A stretch of DNA of 64,000 nt from Spirochaetota bacterium (GTDB lineage: Bacteria; Spirochaetota; Spirochaetia; CADAEX01): contig WQTU01000137.1 of assembly GCA_009786125.1 (NCBI GenBank), positions 1,387-65,386 on the forward strand. The letters are read 5' to 3'. The notes under the pieces were generated by a model. It did not search any database. It was not told the origin of the DNA and worked only from the letters and a program-made list of their open reading frames with translations. The position numbers and the translations under genes are program-made. The first letter of the stretch is position 1; each line of letters opens with the position of its first letter. This document shows, piece after piece, positions 38,037 to 48,068 of the stretch.

Positions 38037-38960
38037 TTGGCAAGGAATGTTTTTCGTTCTGTAGAAGTTCACAGACTCAATAATACGGTTTATCTTGAAC
38101 CTGTAAAAAGCGAAATTGAGGAAATAGAAGAGATTCCGGATGTAGAAGAATATACCGGACCTACTGCTGATGATCTTCGAAAAGAGGCAGAAATTTTTAG
38201 AGAAGCATGGGACAAAGAAAAACTCTTGATGATCGAGAATGCAAAAAAAGAAGCTTCTGCAATTATAGAAGAAGCAAAACAGAGTGCATTTGAAGAAGTA
38301 AAGAAAGGGAAAAATGAGTCGCAAAAAATAATCCAGGATGCCCTGGAACAAGCAACTGCAACAGAGAAAGCTGCTTTGGAAAAGCATGAGTTAATGTTAA
38401 AAGAAGCCACTGAAAAAGTTGTAACCATAGAAAAAGATGCTTATGATGCAGGTTATAAAGATGGTTTGGAAAAAGGATTTGAGTCCGGCAGGGGAGAGGT
38501 AGAAAGGCTTATAGAAAAAGTTCACCAGGTTCTAAGCGCTGCAATTGAAAAGAGAAATGCAATTATTGAAGAATCCGAAACACAGCTTATAAATCTTGTT
38601 CTTCTTATTTCGCAAAAAGTAATAAAAGTAATTTCTGAAAATCAGAAAAATGTTGTAATAAATAATGTTATTCAGGCGCTGCGCAAGCTTAAAACAAGAG
38701 GCGAGGTAGTTGTTAGGGTAAATCTTGATGATGTAAAACTCACAACAGAGCATATAAAAGACTTTATGAAAATGGTTGATAACGTAAGATCGATTACTGT
38801 TTTGGAGGATTCTACTGTAGATAAAGGCGGAGCGATTATAGAAACAGACTTTGGAGAAATTGATGCAAGAGTTTCCTCGCAGCTTAATGAAATAAAAAAT
38901 AAGATTCTTGAGCTTACTCCAATAAAAGCTAAAACAGAAGTTGTAGAAGATTTTATATAA
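38037..38960 (+). CDS. fliH: flagellar assembly protein FliH
   Basis: Coiled-coil N-terminus plus FliH C-terminal domain; position before fliI. TTG start. Confidence 0.68.
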   Translation: MARNVFRSVEVHRLNNTVYLEPVKSEIEEIEEIPDVEEYTGPTADDLRKEAEIFREAWDKEKLLMIENAKKEASAIIEEAKQSAFEEVKKGKNESQKIIQDALEQATATEKAALEKHELMLKEATEKVVTIEKDAYDAGYKDGLEKGFESGRGEVERLIEKVHQVLSAAIEKRNAIIEESETQLINLVLLISQKVIKVISENQKNVVINNVIQALRKLKTRGEVVVRVNLDDVKLTTEHIKDFMKMVDNVRSITVLEDSTVDKGGAIIETDFGEIDARVSSQLNEIKNKILELTPIKAKTEVVEDFI

Positions 38961-39015
38961 AAAAATACGGCAGCTTACCATTTGACAAGAGTGTCTTAAG
39001 ACCAGGGGAGGGGGA

Positions 39016-40335
39016 ATGAGCACTGTTTTTGAAAAATATGATACTGTTCTCAAAGATACAGACCCCATAAAATTTACTGGACGAGTATCAAGAGTTCAAG
39101 GTCTTCTTATCGAAAGTATAGGTCCAAGAGTTGTTCTTGGCGAACTCTGCTACATCATTATAGATAATTCCCCTGTGCCAATATGGGCAGAAGTTGTTGC
39201 GCTCAAAAAAGAAGCAATACAGCTTATGGCTTATGACTCTTTCGATGGTATTGAGATAGGAAGCATAGTAGTTGCTACAGGAAAGAGTCTTTCCATATCT
39301 GTTTCTCCAAAAATGCTTGGCAGGGTTCTGGATGGCATGGGCAGACCTGTTGATGATAAAGGGAACATAAGAGGCGCCGTAAAAATTCCTGTTGTTAATG
39401 CTCCGCCGGATATATTAAGAAGAAAGCCTGTAAATGAACAAATCCAGACCGGAGTAAGAGCTATAGATTCTCTTCTTGCAGTAGGCAAAGGTCAGCGTAT
39501 AGGTATTTTTTCGAGCGCAGGAATCGGAAAATCAACGCTTTTGGGAATGATAGCAAGAAGCAGCACTGCAGATGTAAATGTAATAGCGCTTGTTGGAGAG
39601 AGGGGCAGGGAAGTAAATGAGTTTATCGAGAATGAGCTTGGTCCCGAAGGAATGAAAAAAACTATTATAGTTGTATCATCGTCGAATACTCCGCCCATCT
39701 CAAGAATAAGGGGAGCATATACTGCTACTGCAATTGCCGAGTATTTCAGGGACAGAGGAAAAGATGTAATGTTTTTCTTTGATTCTCTTACCAGATTTGC
39801 AAGAGCGCAGCGCGAAGTGGGGCTTGCAATCGGAGAACCTCCTGCAACAAGAGGCTACACTCCTTCGGTGTTTACGGAAATGCCCAAGCTTCTTGAGCGA
39901 TGCGCGAACTCGACTAACGGTACGCTTACAGGGTTTTATACGGTACTTGTTGAAGGCGATGATCTTGATGAACCTGTTTCCGACAATGCAGAAGGCTTTC
40001 TTGACGGGCATATTATCTTAAGCAAAAAAATAGCTGAGGCAAATCATTACCCTGCAATAGATGTTTTAAAATCAATTTCAAGAATTTCCAACAGAATCTT
40101 GCCAAAAGAGATCAAGGAATCTGCAGGGTATTTACGAAATAAAGTGGCTGTTTTTTCCGAAGCCGAAGACATTATAAATGTAGGCGCTTATGTAAAGGGC
40201 TCAAATCCCGAAATCGATGAAGCAATCAAAAAGCAGCCGGAGATTAAAAAATTTCTTGCGCAAAAAATAGATGAAGCGTCTGCGCTGGAAGAAAGTTTTA
40301 TGGAAATAACGAAAATAGCAGGTATAAAGCTATGA
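39016..40335 (+). CDS. fliI: flagellum-specific ATP synthase FliI
   Basis: Walker A GIFSSAGIGKSTLL; F1/T3SS ATPase fold. Confidence 0.93.
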   Translation: MSTVFEKYDTVLKDTDPIKFTGRVSRVQGLLIESIGPRVVLGELCYIIIDNSPVPIWAEVVALKKEAIQLMAYDSFDGIEIGSIVVATGKSLSISVSPKMLGRVLDGMGRPVDDKGNIRGAVKIPVVNAPPDILRRKPVNEQIQTGVRAIDSLLAVGKGQRIGIFSSAGIGKSTLLGMIARSSTADVNVIALVGERGREVNEFIENELGPEGMKKTIIVVSSSNTPPISRIRGAYTATAIAEYFRDRGKDVMFFFDSLTRFARAQREVGLAIGEPPATRGYTPSVFTEMPKLLERCANSTNGTLTGFYTVLVEGDDLDEPVSDNAEGFLDGHIILSKKIAEANHYPAIDVLKSISRISNRILPKEIKESAGYLRNKVAVFSEAEDIINVGAYVKGSNPEIDEAIKKQPEIKKFLAQKIDEASALEESFMEITKIAGIKL

Positions 40336-40348
40336 ATAAGGGAAAGAC

Positions 40349-40798
40349 ATGAGGAACTTTGCATTTAAACTTGAAAAACTGCTTGAAATAAGGGGATATG
40401 CAGAAAAACAAAAAGTATTGGAGCTTGCAGAAGTTACAGGCAGATATATGCAGATTGTAAGCAGCATAGAAGACCTTAAAAACCGAAAAAGAAAAATTAT
40501 GGAATCAAGATTCGAGGCTGCCGGCAATAATGTTTATTCCATCATGTATGATGAATCGCTGATTTCTGCAATCGATGTAAAAGTTATGGATTTTGAAAAA
40601 AAACTTATACCGCTAAATATAGAAAAGGAAAATAAAAGGCTGGAATATCTGGAGGCTCTCAAAAACAAAAGAGTGCTTGAAAAACTTAGGGAAAAAAAAG
40701 CAGAGATGCATAAAAAAAGCGAGCTTATAAGAGGTTCAAAGGCAATTGATGATATTGTAAGCAGCAATTTTATTAAGCTTCAGGAGGTTAAAATATGA
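40349..40798 (+). CDS. fliJ: flagellar export chaperone FliJ-like coiled-coil protein
   Basis: 149-aa all-coiled-coil protein immediately after fliI. Confidence 0.6.
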   Translation: MRNFAFKLEKLLEIRGYAEKQKVLELAEVTGRYMQIVSSIEDLKNRKRKIMESRFEAAGNNVYSIMYDESLISAIDVKVMDFEKKLIPLNIEKENKRLEYLEALKNKRVLEKLREKKAEMHKKSELIRGSKAIDDIVSSNFIKLQEVKI

Positions 40799-41427
40799 GA
40801 TTAACTAGTGATGCAGGAGCAGGACTTCGTATTTTCGTTTTAATACTACTCATAATAGTTTTGTTTATTGGCGGGATGGTGTGGTTTGATCATCTGGGAA
40901 TAATAAGCGCAAGAGAACGAATTGGATGGTTTTATACAGCACTGCTTGGGCAGCGAGGGCTGGATATCGAAGACAGAGATGATCTTTTTCTTCTTGAACA
41001 AGTCAGATTCACTATGATGAAAGAAGCTCTCGGCATAAGAGAAGAAGAACTTAACAGAAGAAATGAAGAACTTGATAATCGCGATGTAGAAATAAGGCAA
41101 AGAATCGAAATTCTTAATGAAAGAGAAAAAGCTTTTGCAGAAAGAGAGAATTCATTTAACCAGCGGACAAGATTATACGAAAATAGAATAGCGAACCTTG
41201 AGCAGAATTCAAGAGATCTTACAGGAATGCCCCCTGAAAGAGCAGTAAATATCCTTTTGAACAAAAATGACCAGGATATTATAGATGTTATGAGGGTTAC
41301 TGAGCGTATTTCACAGGAAGCAGGTGAAATGTCGCTTGTCGCATTCTGGCTATCGCTGATGCCTCCTGAAAGGGCGGCAGCCATACAGCGAAAGATGTCA
41401 ATCAGACCTAATGGACTAGGCGCTTAA
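40795..41427 (+). CDS. flbB: spirochete flagellar protein FlbB-like (membrane-anchored, MgtE-N/MotE-like C-terminus)
   Basis: N-terminal TM, coiled coil, C-terminal PPERAVNILL...MPPERAAAI repeat. Position after fliJ as in Borrelia/Treponema flgB operons. Confidence 0.5.
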   Translation: MRLTSDAGAGLRIFVLILLIIVLFIGGMVWFDHLGIISARERIGWFYTALLGQRGLDIEDRDDLFLLEQVRFTMMKEALGIREEELNRRNEELDNRDVEIRQRIEILNEREKAFAERENSFNQRTRLYENRIANLEQNSRDLTGMPPERAVNILLNKNDQDIIDVMRVTERISQEAGEMSLVAFWLSLMPPERAAAIQRKMSIRPNGLGA

Positions 41428-41448
41428 AGGTGGTTTAAAGGAGTAAGT

Positions 41449-42726
41449 TTGCCTGTAGAAATTGCTGTAATAAAAGAGTTTGAACCGCTGGATAAAAAAC
41501 AGGAAAACAGCGGATTAAATCTCAAAGATATTCATTCGAAAAAAAACAAAAAACCTCTTTCCAGTGATTCTTTGAAGTCAAAAGATGTACAGTTGTTTGA
41601 AAATGTTTTGTCGGATAAAATATCAGAAGAAAAGAAAATTGGAAAAGAAAAATTACCGGGAGATTTAACGTTAGATGCATCGGTAAAGGAAAAAATTGCA
41701 AAAAAAGATACGAATACAGTTGAAGGAAAAGATGCGGCAGCAACTGCAAAAAAAGATGCGAATGCAGCCGCAGAAAAAGAGATTAAGCAGAATCATGCAA
41801 TAAATGATCTTCTTTCGCTGCAGGCAGCCAGCGCAGCTGTGCATGAAAATGCAGAAGTGCGAGCTGAAAAATCAGCAATAGCAGAAGCAGCAGAAAAAGA
41901 AATTCCGGAATTTTCAAAAAATGCTTTATCGTTATTATCTGAAAAAACTCAAAAGGGAAAAAATGTTTTTAGTTCTCCGGGGTATTATTCAAATCAGGAA
42001 AGCGATGTAAAAAAAAGTGTAAGTTTAAAAGAAAACAATGAACTTAAAAAAGAGAAAAAAGAGTTTTTTCAGGTTGTTGATTTACGCAGAAATACCAATG
42101 CAAGAAGAACAGAATCTTTGAACACATTATCCGGCAGAGAAGCTTCTGAGGCGTCGCAAGCTAATAAATTCACGCTCACAAATAATAACGCAACCCAGGA
42201 TATGAGTGCGAAAGAGTTTTTTCCAGGCTCGCAGGCGCAGTTCTCGCCAGGGAAACTGCAAACAGACAGCGGGCTTATGTCCAGAAATGGAATTTCTTCG
42301 TTCCAGAGCCAGTTTCTCGAATATCTTAAGGAAAGCGGAAATACAGATATTGTAAAAAATGCAAATGTAATTTTAAAAGACAACAAGGCTGGCGAAATCA
42401 GGCTTTTGATGAGACCCGAAAACCTTGGATATGTAAGAATTAAGCTCATGCTTAATGATAATCATATAGCAGGCAGAATAATAGTCGACAATTATAATAT
42501 AAAAGGGATATTTGAAAGCAATATAGATAGCCTTGTTAAAAGCTTTAAGGAAAACGGATACTCCTCGGCAACAATTGATGTTTCCGTAGGCGGGGAACAA
42601 AATAAGGAAAGACAAATAATGGAAAATAACAGAGTTCTTACATTAAAGGAAATTAAAAAAGTTGATGAGCATACGGTTGTGAGAAATATGTTAGCGGAAA
42701 ACAGGCTTGTTGATATGGTTGTTTAG
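41449..42726 (+). CDS. fliK: flagellar hook-length control protein FliK (Tap1-like)
   Basis: Low-complexity Lys/Ala/Glu-rich N-terminal part; C-terminal Flg_hook domain IRLLMRPENLGYVRIKL...NIDSLVKSFKENGY. TTG start after aaaggag. Confidence 0.65.
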   Translation: MPVEIAVIKEFEPLDKKQENSGLNLKDIHSKKNKKPLSSDSLKSKDVQLFENVLSDKISEEKKIGKEKLPGDLTLDASVKEKIAKKDTNTVEGKDAAATAKKDANAAAEKEIKQNHAINDLLSLQAASAAVHENAEVRAEKSAIAEAAEKEIPEFSKNALSLLSEKTQKGKNVFSSPGYYSNQESDVKKSVSLKENNELKKEKKEFFQVVDLRRNTNARRTESLNTLSGREASEASQANKFTLTNNNATQDMSAKEFFPGSQAQFSPGKLQTDSGLMSRNGISSFQSQFLEYLKESGNTDIVKNANVILKDNKAGEIRLLMRPENLGYVRIKLMLNDNHIAGRIIVDNYNIKGIFESNIDSLVKSFKENGYSSATIDVSVGGEQNKERQIMENNRVLTLKEIKKVDEHTVVRNMLAENRLVDMVV

Positions 42727-42735
42727 GAGGTTTTT

Positions 42736-43179
42736 GTGAATATAAATACTATGATGACGGATCATGAAAGATTCATGACTGAGATGCAGGTTAACAACTT
42801 TAACAGAGCGCTTGCTGATGGCAATCAGAGAGTAAATAGAAATCAGCTTGGTAAAGAAGATTTTCTTAAAATATTAATTACACAGCTTACGCATCAGGAC
42901 CCTACAAATCCAATGGAAGACAGGGAATTTATTGCGCAAATGGCTCAGTTTTCAATGCTTGAGCAGATGACAAACATGAGCAGGGATTTTAACAGGCTGC
43001 ATAATGTTATTGCATCAAGTCAGGCAATAAATTTAATTGGCAAAACTGTACAGGTTTCAGACGGTGATCGGGTAGTTATCGGAAGAGTTGAAGAAGTATT
43101 GGGATTTGAACATCCGCAGCTTCTTGTTAATGGAAGATATTACGATATATCAAGAGTAGAAAGAATCAGACAGGACTAG
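42736..43179 (+). CDS. flgD: flagellar hook capping/assembly protein FlgD
   Basis: LGKEDFLKILITQLTHQDPTNPMED..FIAQMAQFSMLEQ. Confidence 0.85.
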   Translation: MNINTMMTDHERFMTEMQVNNFNRALADGNQRVNRNQLGKEDFLKILITQLTHQDPTNPMEDREFIAQMAQFSMLEQMTNMSRDFNRLHNVIASSQAINLIGKTVQVSDGDRVVIGRVEEVLGFEHPQLLVNGRYYDISRVERIRQD

Positions 43180-43202
43180 ATAGGCGGTAGGAGGCAAATC
43201 TT

Positions 43203-44576
43203 ATGATGAGATCATTATATTCAGGTGTTTCAGGACTTCAGAATCATCAAACGAGAATGGATGTTATTGGACACAATATTTCAAACGTAAATACGATTGG
43301 TTTTAAAAGAGATAGAGTTAATTTTCAGGATATGTTGTCGCAGACGCTTCAAGGAGCAGCAAGACCCACAGAGGAACTTGGTGGCGTAAACCCTATACAA
43401 GTTGGTCTTGGAATGAGCATTGCAGCTATAGACACCATCCATACCCAGGGCGCGCTTCAAAGCACCGGTGTTGCAACAGATATTGCAATTAAGGGAAGCG
43501 GCTTTTTTGTTTTAAGAAGGGGTGAACAGGAATTTTTTACACGCGCAGGTGCATTTGGTCTTGATGAAAACGGCACGCTTGTGAATCCGGCGAATGGTTT
43601 GAGAGTACAAGGCTGGATGACTCAGGTCATAGACGGAATAGAGATAATAAACACTTCCGCAGATACAACAGATCTTATAATACCTATTGGCGGTAAAGAT
43701 CCTGCTTTTGCAACAACAGAAGTTAGGCTTGCGTGTAACCTCGACAAAAGACTGGCTGAAATTCCTGAAGGAGCAGGTCTTGGCATGATACTTGAGAACA
43801 CCTGGACAGTCGATAAAACAATTTTTGACGCCTTTGGCACTAAGCATACAATGAGTATTGATTTTACAAAAGTTCCAGGAGAGCCAAACAGGTGGAATGC
43901 TCAAATTTTTATAAACAGAAATGCAGAGATAGATACCAATACAGCTGTAAACGAAGAAGGCAACACATTTATACTTGAATTTGGTAACGACGGTTTATTG
44001 CTTGCTGCAGAAGACGGGCAGGGTAATATTGTAAACGAAGGAATACTCCAGCTTGCTATTTCTTTTGATGTCCCGGAAACATCAATTCCCCCTGGAGAAG
44101 AATCTGTAAGGCAAACTTTTAATCTTACGCTTGGCGAGATAGGAAGCGCTACGAATACAGTTACGCAGTTTGCAGAAAGAAGCTCAACAAGAGCTTTTTG
44201 GCAAAACGGATATACGCTTGGCTATCTTGAAAATTTCAGAATAGATTCAACAGGTATTATAACCGGCGTTTTTTCGAATGGAACAAACAGACCAATAGGG
44301 CAAATCGCTCTTGCAAATTTTGTAAACCCTGGCGGGCTTTATAAAGTTGGCGGCACAATGTTTGTCAGAACAAATAACTCAGGTTTTGCAGATATTGGCG
44401 TATCAGGGGTTGCAGGCAGAGGATCTTTCATAGCCGGTACTCTTGAAATGAGTAATGTTGATCTTGCTGATCAGTTTGTAGATATGATTGTTACGCAGAG
44501 AGGGTTTCAGGCAAACTCAAGAACAATTCAGACATCAGATCAAATGCTTCAGGAAATACTGACACTTAAGAGATAA
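43203..44576 (+). CDS. flgE: flagellar hook protein FlgE (Lys165/Cys178 present)
   Basis: Rod/hook N-terminal SGLQNHQTRMDVIGHNISNVNT and C-terminal VDLADQFVDMIVTQRGFQANS. PIGGK(165) and LAC(178)NLDK counted from the first Met. Confidence 0.92.
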   Translation: MMRSLYSGVSGLQNHQTRMDVIGHNISNVNTIGFKRDRVNFQDMLSQTLQGAARPTEELGGVNPIQVGLGMSIAAIDTIHTQGALQSTGVATDIAIKGSGFFVLRRGEQEFFTRAGAFGLDENGTLVNPANGLRVQGWMTQVIDGIEIINTSADTTDLIIPIGGKDPAFATTEVRLACNLDKRLAEIPEGAGLGMILENTWTVDKTIFDAFGTKHTMSIDFTKVPGEPNRWNAQIFINRNAEIDTNTAVNEEGNTFILEFGNDGLLLAAEDGQGNIVNEGILQLAISFDVPETSIPPGEESVRQTFNLTLGEIGSATNTVTQFAERSSTRAFWQNGYTLGYLENFRIDSTGIITGVFSNGTNRPIGQIALANFVNPGGLYKVGGTMFVRTNNSGFADIGVSGVAGRGSFIAGTLEMSNVDLADQFVDMIVTQRGFQANSRTIQTSDQMLQEILTLKR

Positions 44577-44616
44577 AGTGACGGGTAATATATGAAAGTG
44601 GTTAAGGGTGTAAAAA

Positions 44617-44814
44617 GTGGTTAAAGTTACAAGGCTTAATGGCATAGAATATTATCTTAATCCGCACCAGATAGAGTATATTGAACTGAATCCTGATACT
44701 ACATTAGTAATGCTTTCAGGAAAAAAACTGGTAGTCCGCGAAGACTACCAGTCTGTTTTTGATAGAATTGTAAAATACAGGCAACTTATAGGTTGTTTTA
44801 AAAACGAGGAGTAA
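44617..44814 (+). CDS. flbD: flagellar protein FlbD
   Basis: 65 aa, VKVTRLNGIEYYLNPHQIEYIE; GTG start; position before motA. Confidence 0.78.
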   Translation: MVKVTRLNGIEYYLNPHQIEYIELNPDTTLVMLSGKKLVVREDYQSVFDRIVKYRQLIGCFKNEE

Positions 44815-44820
44815 TCGTCT

Positions 44821-45606
44821 ATGGATTTAGCAACAATACTTGGTCTAATTTTAGGCGCTATGATGCTAGTAACCTCTATAATTTTAACCGGCGCTTCTCC
44901 GATGCTTTATATTGACATAGGTTCTATAGTACTTGTTGTTGGCGGTTCATTTTTTGCGATTATGATTGGTATTCCGATGACAAGAGCTTTGGGCATTATG
45001 AAGTTTACAAGAAATGCTTTTTTTATAAAAAATTATGAAAAAGAAAAACTTATATCTACTCTTGTAAGCTTTTCTGAACAGGCAAGGCGCGAAGGACTTC
45101 TTGCTCTTGAAGATAGCCTTGATGAACTTGAAGATAAATTCCTTGAAAAGGGATTAAGACTAGTTGTTGATGGTACAGATCCAACACTAATAAAAAGCAT
45201 ATTGTATAATGACCTCAATCAGATGGAAGCCAGACACGAAGCTGGTATAAAAGTATGGGATGAATGGTCGAAGTCTGCGCCGGCCTTTGGGATGATGGGT
45301 ACAGTAATTGGACTTATTGCAATGATGGCAAGCCTGGGAGATCAGGCTGCTGTAGGCAGAGGTATGGCTCTTGCTCTTATAACAACACTTTATGGAGCTG
45401 CAGTTTCATACCTGGTTTGTACCCCTCTGAAAAATAAACTCCAGAACAGAAGCGGCGAAGAAATTATGGTAAGGGAGATTATGATAGAAGGAGTTCTTTC
45501 CATTCAATCCGGAGATAACCCAAGAATGGTTGAGGAAAAACTTCTTGCATTTTTATCACCTGTTGAAAGAGAATCAATTAAAGCTGTGTCATCTGCGGGA
45601 GAATAA
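44821..45606 (+). CDS. motA: flagellar motor stator protein MotA
   Basis: 4-TM protein with cytoplasmic loop; C-terminal TM3-4 GMMGTVIGLI...ALITTLYGA. Confidence 0.9.
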   Translation: MDLATILGLILGAMMLVTSIILTGASPMLYIDIGSIVLVVGGSFFAIMIGIPMTRALGIMKFTRNAFFIKNYEKEKLISTLVSFSEQARREGLLALEDSLDELEDKFLEKGLRLVVDGTDPTLIKSILYNDLNQMEARHEAGIKVWDEWSKSAPAFGMMGTVIGLIAMMASLGDQAAVGRGMALALITTLYGAAVSYLVCTPLKNKLQNRSGEEIMVREIMIEGVLSIQSGDNPRMVEEKLLAFLSPVERESIKAVSSAGE

Positions 45607-45620
45607 GAGAAAGGAAAAGT

Positions 45621-46349
45621 ATGCGACAAAAAAAGAGAAGATGTCCGCCGGAAGGTCTTGCTACATGGTTTGCAACATTCAGTGATATGGTAACTCTTCT
45701 TCTTGTATTCTTTGTAATTATGTTTTCAACTGCCATTATAGACGGTGCAGAGATAAGGCTGATTCTTTCTGCATTCCATGGAGTTGGCGCTTTACGGGGC
45801 GGCAATACTCTTGATGCAGAAGGAAGGCTTGCCGCCCTTGGAAATAACGTAATGGCTTTGCCATCGCCTCGGCCAGGAAGAGCTCTTGACAGAGCGCGAA
45901 GACAGGCAGTTTCTGTTTTTCAGCCCGAAATAAGAAGCAGAACTGTAAGGGTAACAGAGGACGAAAGAGGTGTTGTAATATCTCTTGCTGCGGATGCGTT
46001 TTTTAGAACTGCGAGTGCGGAATTAAATATAGAGGAAGCAAGGCGTACAATACAGAATCTTTCAAGTCTTATGAGATCGGATGAAATGAGAGGAAGAAAG
46101 TTCAGAATTGAAGGACATACCGACAGCATTCCGACAGACCCGGCAGGTGAGTGGAGGACCAACTGGGACTTATCAGCAGCCAGAGCGCTCACTGTGTTGT
46201 ATTTTCTTAAAGATTTTAATGTAGATGATAGATCCATGCAAATTGCAGGATTTGCATGCACTGTTCCAATGGCTACGAATGATACAGCCGAAGGAAGAGC
46301 CTACAACAGAAGGGTAGATATAATTATATTGAGCGATGCTCATTTATAG
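45621..46349 (+). CDS. motB: flagellar motor stator protein MotB (OmpA-like)
   Basis: N-terminal TM with conserved Asp (FSDMVTLLLVFF); OmpA-like EGHTDSIP...NRRVDI. Confidence 0.9.
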   Translation: MRQKKRRCPPEGLATWFATFSDMVTLLLVFFVIMFSTAIIDGAEIRLILSAFHGVGALRGGNTLDAEGRLAALGNNVMALPSPRPGRALDRARRQAVSVFQPEIRSRTVRVTEDERGVVISLAADAFFRTASAELNIEEARRTIQNLSSLMRSDEMRGRKFRIEGHTDSIPTDPAGEWRTNWDLSAARALTVLYFLKDFNVDDRSMQIAGFACTVPMATNDTAEGRAYNRRVDIIILSDAHL

Positions 46350-46443
46350 TATATGAGTTTTTTAACAAACTCGTATGTGAAAAAGTATTTGCATACAATA
46401 GAAATTTTTGATAAAATTCTATTATATACATCAGGAGACGAGA

Positions 46444-47010
46444 ATGTCTGACGATTATGATCTGGATTTAGAGAATTCCGCCGGCAGTTCTGCGGGAGAG
46501 GATATCGGGAAGAAAAAAATAGGTTTTCTTCCTGCAGTAGTTATAAATATACTTAAGTGGGTGGCTATAGTTCTGGCAGGTATACTATTTATTGTTACAG
46601 TTACGGTTGTTACAATAAGAATTATGGATCCTGTATCACGCACTTCTGATTTCTTTTTTGATACCGAAGAACTTAGGAGTACACTTCCCAGTTTACAATG
46701 GTATGAAATAGGCACAGATGAGATACGAGCCAGAACAGCGGATATTGACAAGCGTGCAATGGTAATGGTTAGGGTAGCGGTAGGCTTTAACCCGCGGGCA
46801 AGAACTTTGCACCAGGAGCTTGTGGAGCAAACTCCAAAGCTAAGAAATGAAATAAGAATGTTCTTTGGCGAAAAATATGAAAGAGAACTTATACCAAGGA
46901 ATGAAGCCAGAATTAAAGAAGAGCTAAGAAGAAGGCTTAATGTTATGTTAGCCAGCAGTGACAGAGTACAGGATGTGATATTTACTGATTTTAATGTTAT
47001 TGAGTTTTAG
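46444..47010 (+). CDS. fliL: flagellar basal body-associated protein FliL
   Basis: Single TM then periplasmic FliL domain; start at ATG 46444 after ggagacgag. Confidence 0.78.
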   Translation: MSDDYDLDLENSAGSSAGEDIGKKKIGFLPAVVINILKWVAIVLAGILFIVTVTVVTIRIMDPVSRTSDFFFDTEELRSTLPSLQWYEIGTDEIRARTADIDKRAMVMVRVAVGFNPRARTLHQELVEQTPKLRNEIRMFFGEKYERELIPRNEARIKEELRRRLNVMLASSDRVQDVIFTDFNVIEF

Positions 47011-47036
47011 AAAAGGAGCGGGTCGTCTAAAGTTGT

Positions 47037-48068
47037 ATGACTGATATTTTATCGCAAAACGAAATTGATCAGTTGCTCACTGCTTTTACAACAGGGGATA
47101 CAGAATCTGATGTAGAAGTTACCCATGTAAGTGACCAGCGAAAGATCAAGATATACGATTTCAAGAGACCCGACAAATTTTCAAAAGAGCAGATACGTAC
47201 AGTCTCGATAATGCATGAAACTTTTGCGCGTCTTACTACAACATCGCTTTCTGCGCAGCTTAGAAGCCTTATTCATGTTCATGTTGCTTCTGTAGACCAG
47301 CTTACCTATGAAGAATTTATCAGATCAATTCCAAATCAAACAACAATTGCTGTAATAAATATGGATCCTTTGAAAGGATCTGCAATTCTTGAAATTGACC
47401 CGGCTGTAACTTTTTCGATAATTGAACGCCTTTTCGGAGGAAAGGGAGAAGGAACAAAGATAACCAGAGAATTATCGGATATTGAATCTTCGGTAATGGA
47501 AGGGGTAATAGTAAGAATTCTTGGGAATATGAGAGAAGCATGGAGCCAGGTTGTTGATTTAAGACCGCGTCTTGGTCAGATTGAGACAAATCCGCAGTTT
47601 GCCCAGATTGTACCTCCTTCGGAAATGGTTGTACTTGTTACACTTGAGACAAAAGTAGGCGAAGTGGAAGGTATGATGAATTTCTGTATTCCTTACATAA
47701 CTATTGAGCCTATAATCGGAAAACTCTCGGCGCAATATTGGTATTCTTCGGTAAGAAGAGGCACAACTGCCGAAAACTTAAATATTTTGAGGGAAAGACT
47801 TGCTTCTGTTGATGTTGATATTGTGGCAGAAATAGGAAAGATAAATATATCTGTAAGAGAAGCATTGGCTCTTGCAGCAGGCGATGTAATAAGATTGCAG
47901 AATGTAAGAATAAATGATGATATGAAATTAAAACTTGGTAATAAACCTAAATTTTTGTGCAGACCAGGATTAGTAGGAAATAAAATAGCAGTGCAAATTA
48001 CAAAGAAAATTGAAGATTTTAGTAAAGAAGAATTTGAAGAATTAACTGCTGAAGGAGATGAGCTATGA
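47037..48068 (+). CDS. fliM: flagellar motor switch protein FliM
   Basis: N-terminal LSQNEIDQLL CheY-binding motif; FliM middle domain; C-terminal SpoA-like domain. Confidence 0.9.
   Translation: MTDILSQNEIDQLLTAFTTGDTESDVEVTHVSDQRKIKIYDFKRPDKFSKEQIRTVSIMHETFARLTTTSLSAQLRSLIHVHVASVDQLTYEEFIRSIPNQTTIAVINMDPLKGSAILEIDPAVTFSIIERLFGGKGEGTKITRELSDIESSVMEGVIVRILGNMREAWSQVVDLRPRLGQIETNPQFAQIVPPSEMVVLVTLETKVGEVEGMMNFCIPYITIEPIIGKLSAQYWYSSVRRGTTAENLNILRERLASVDVDIVAEIGKINISVREALALAAGDVIRLQNVRINDDMKLKLGNKPKFLCRPGLVGNKIAVQITKKIEDFSKEEFEELTAEGDEL

Noticed and set aside
38532-39068. 178-aa minus-strand ORF
   Set aside because: Antisense to the fliH 3' end and the fliI start. Composition-driven, no RBS.
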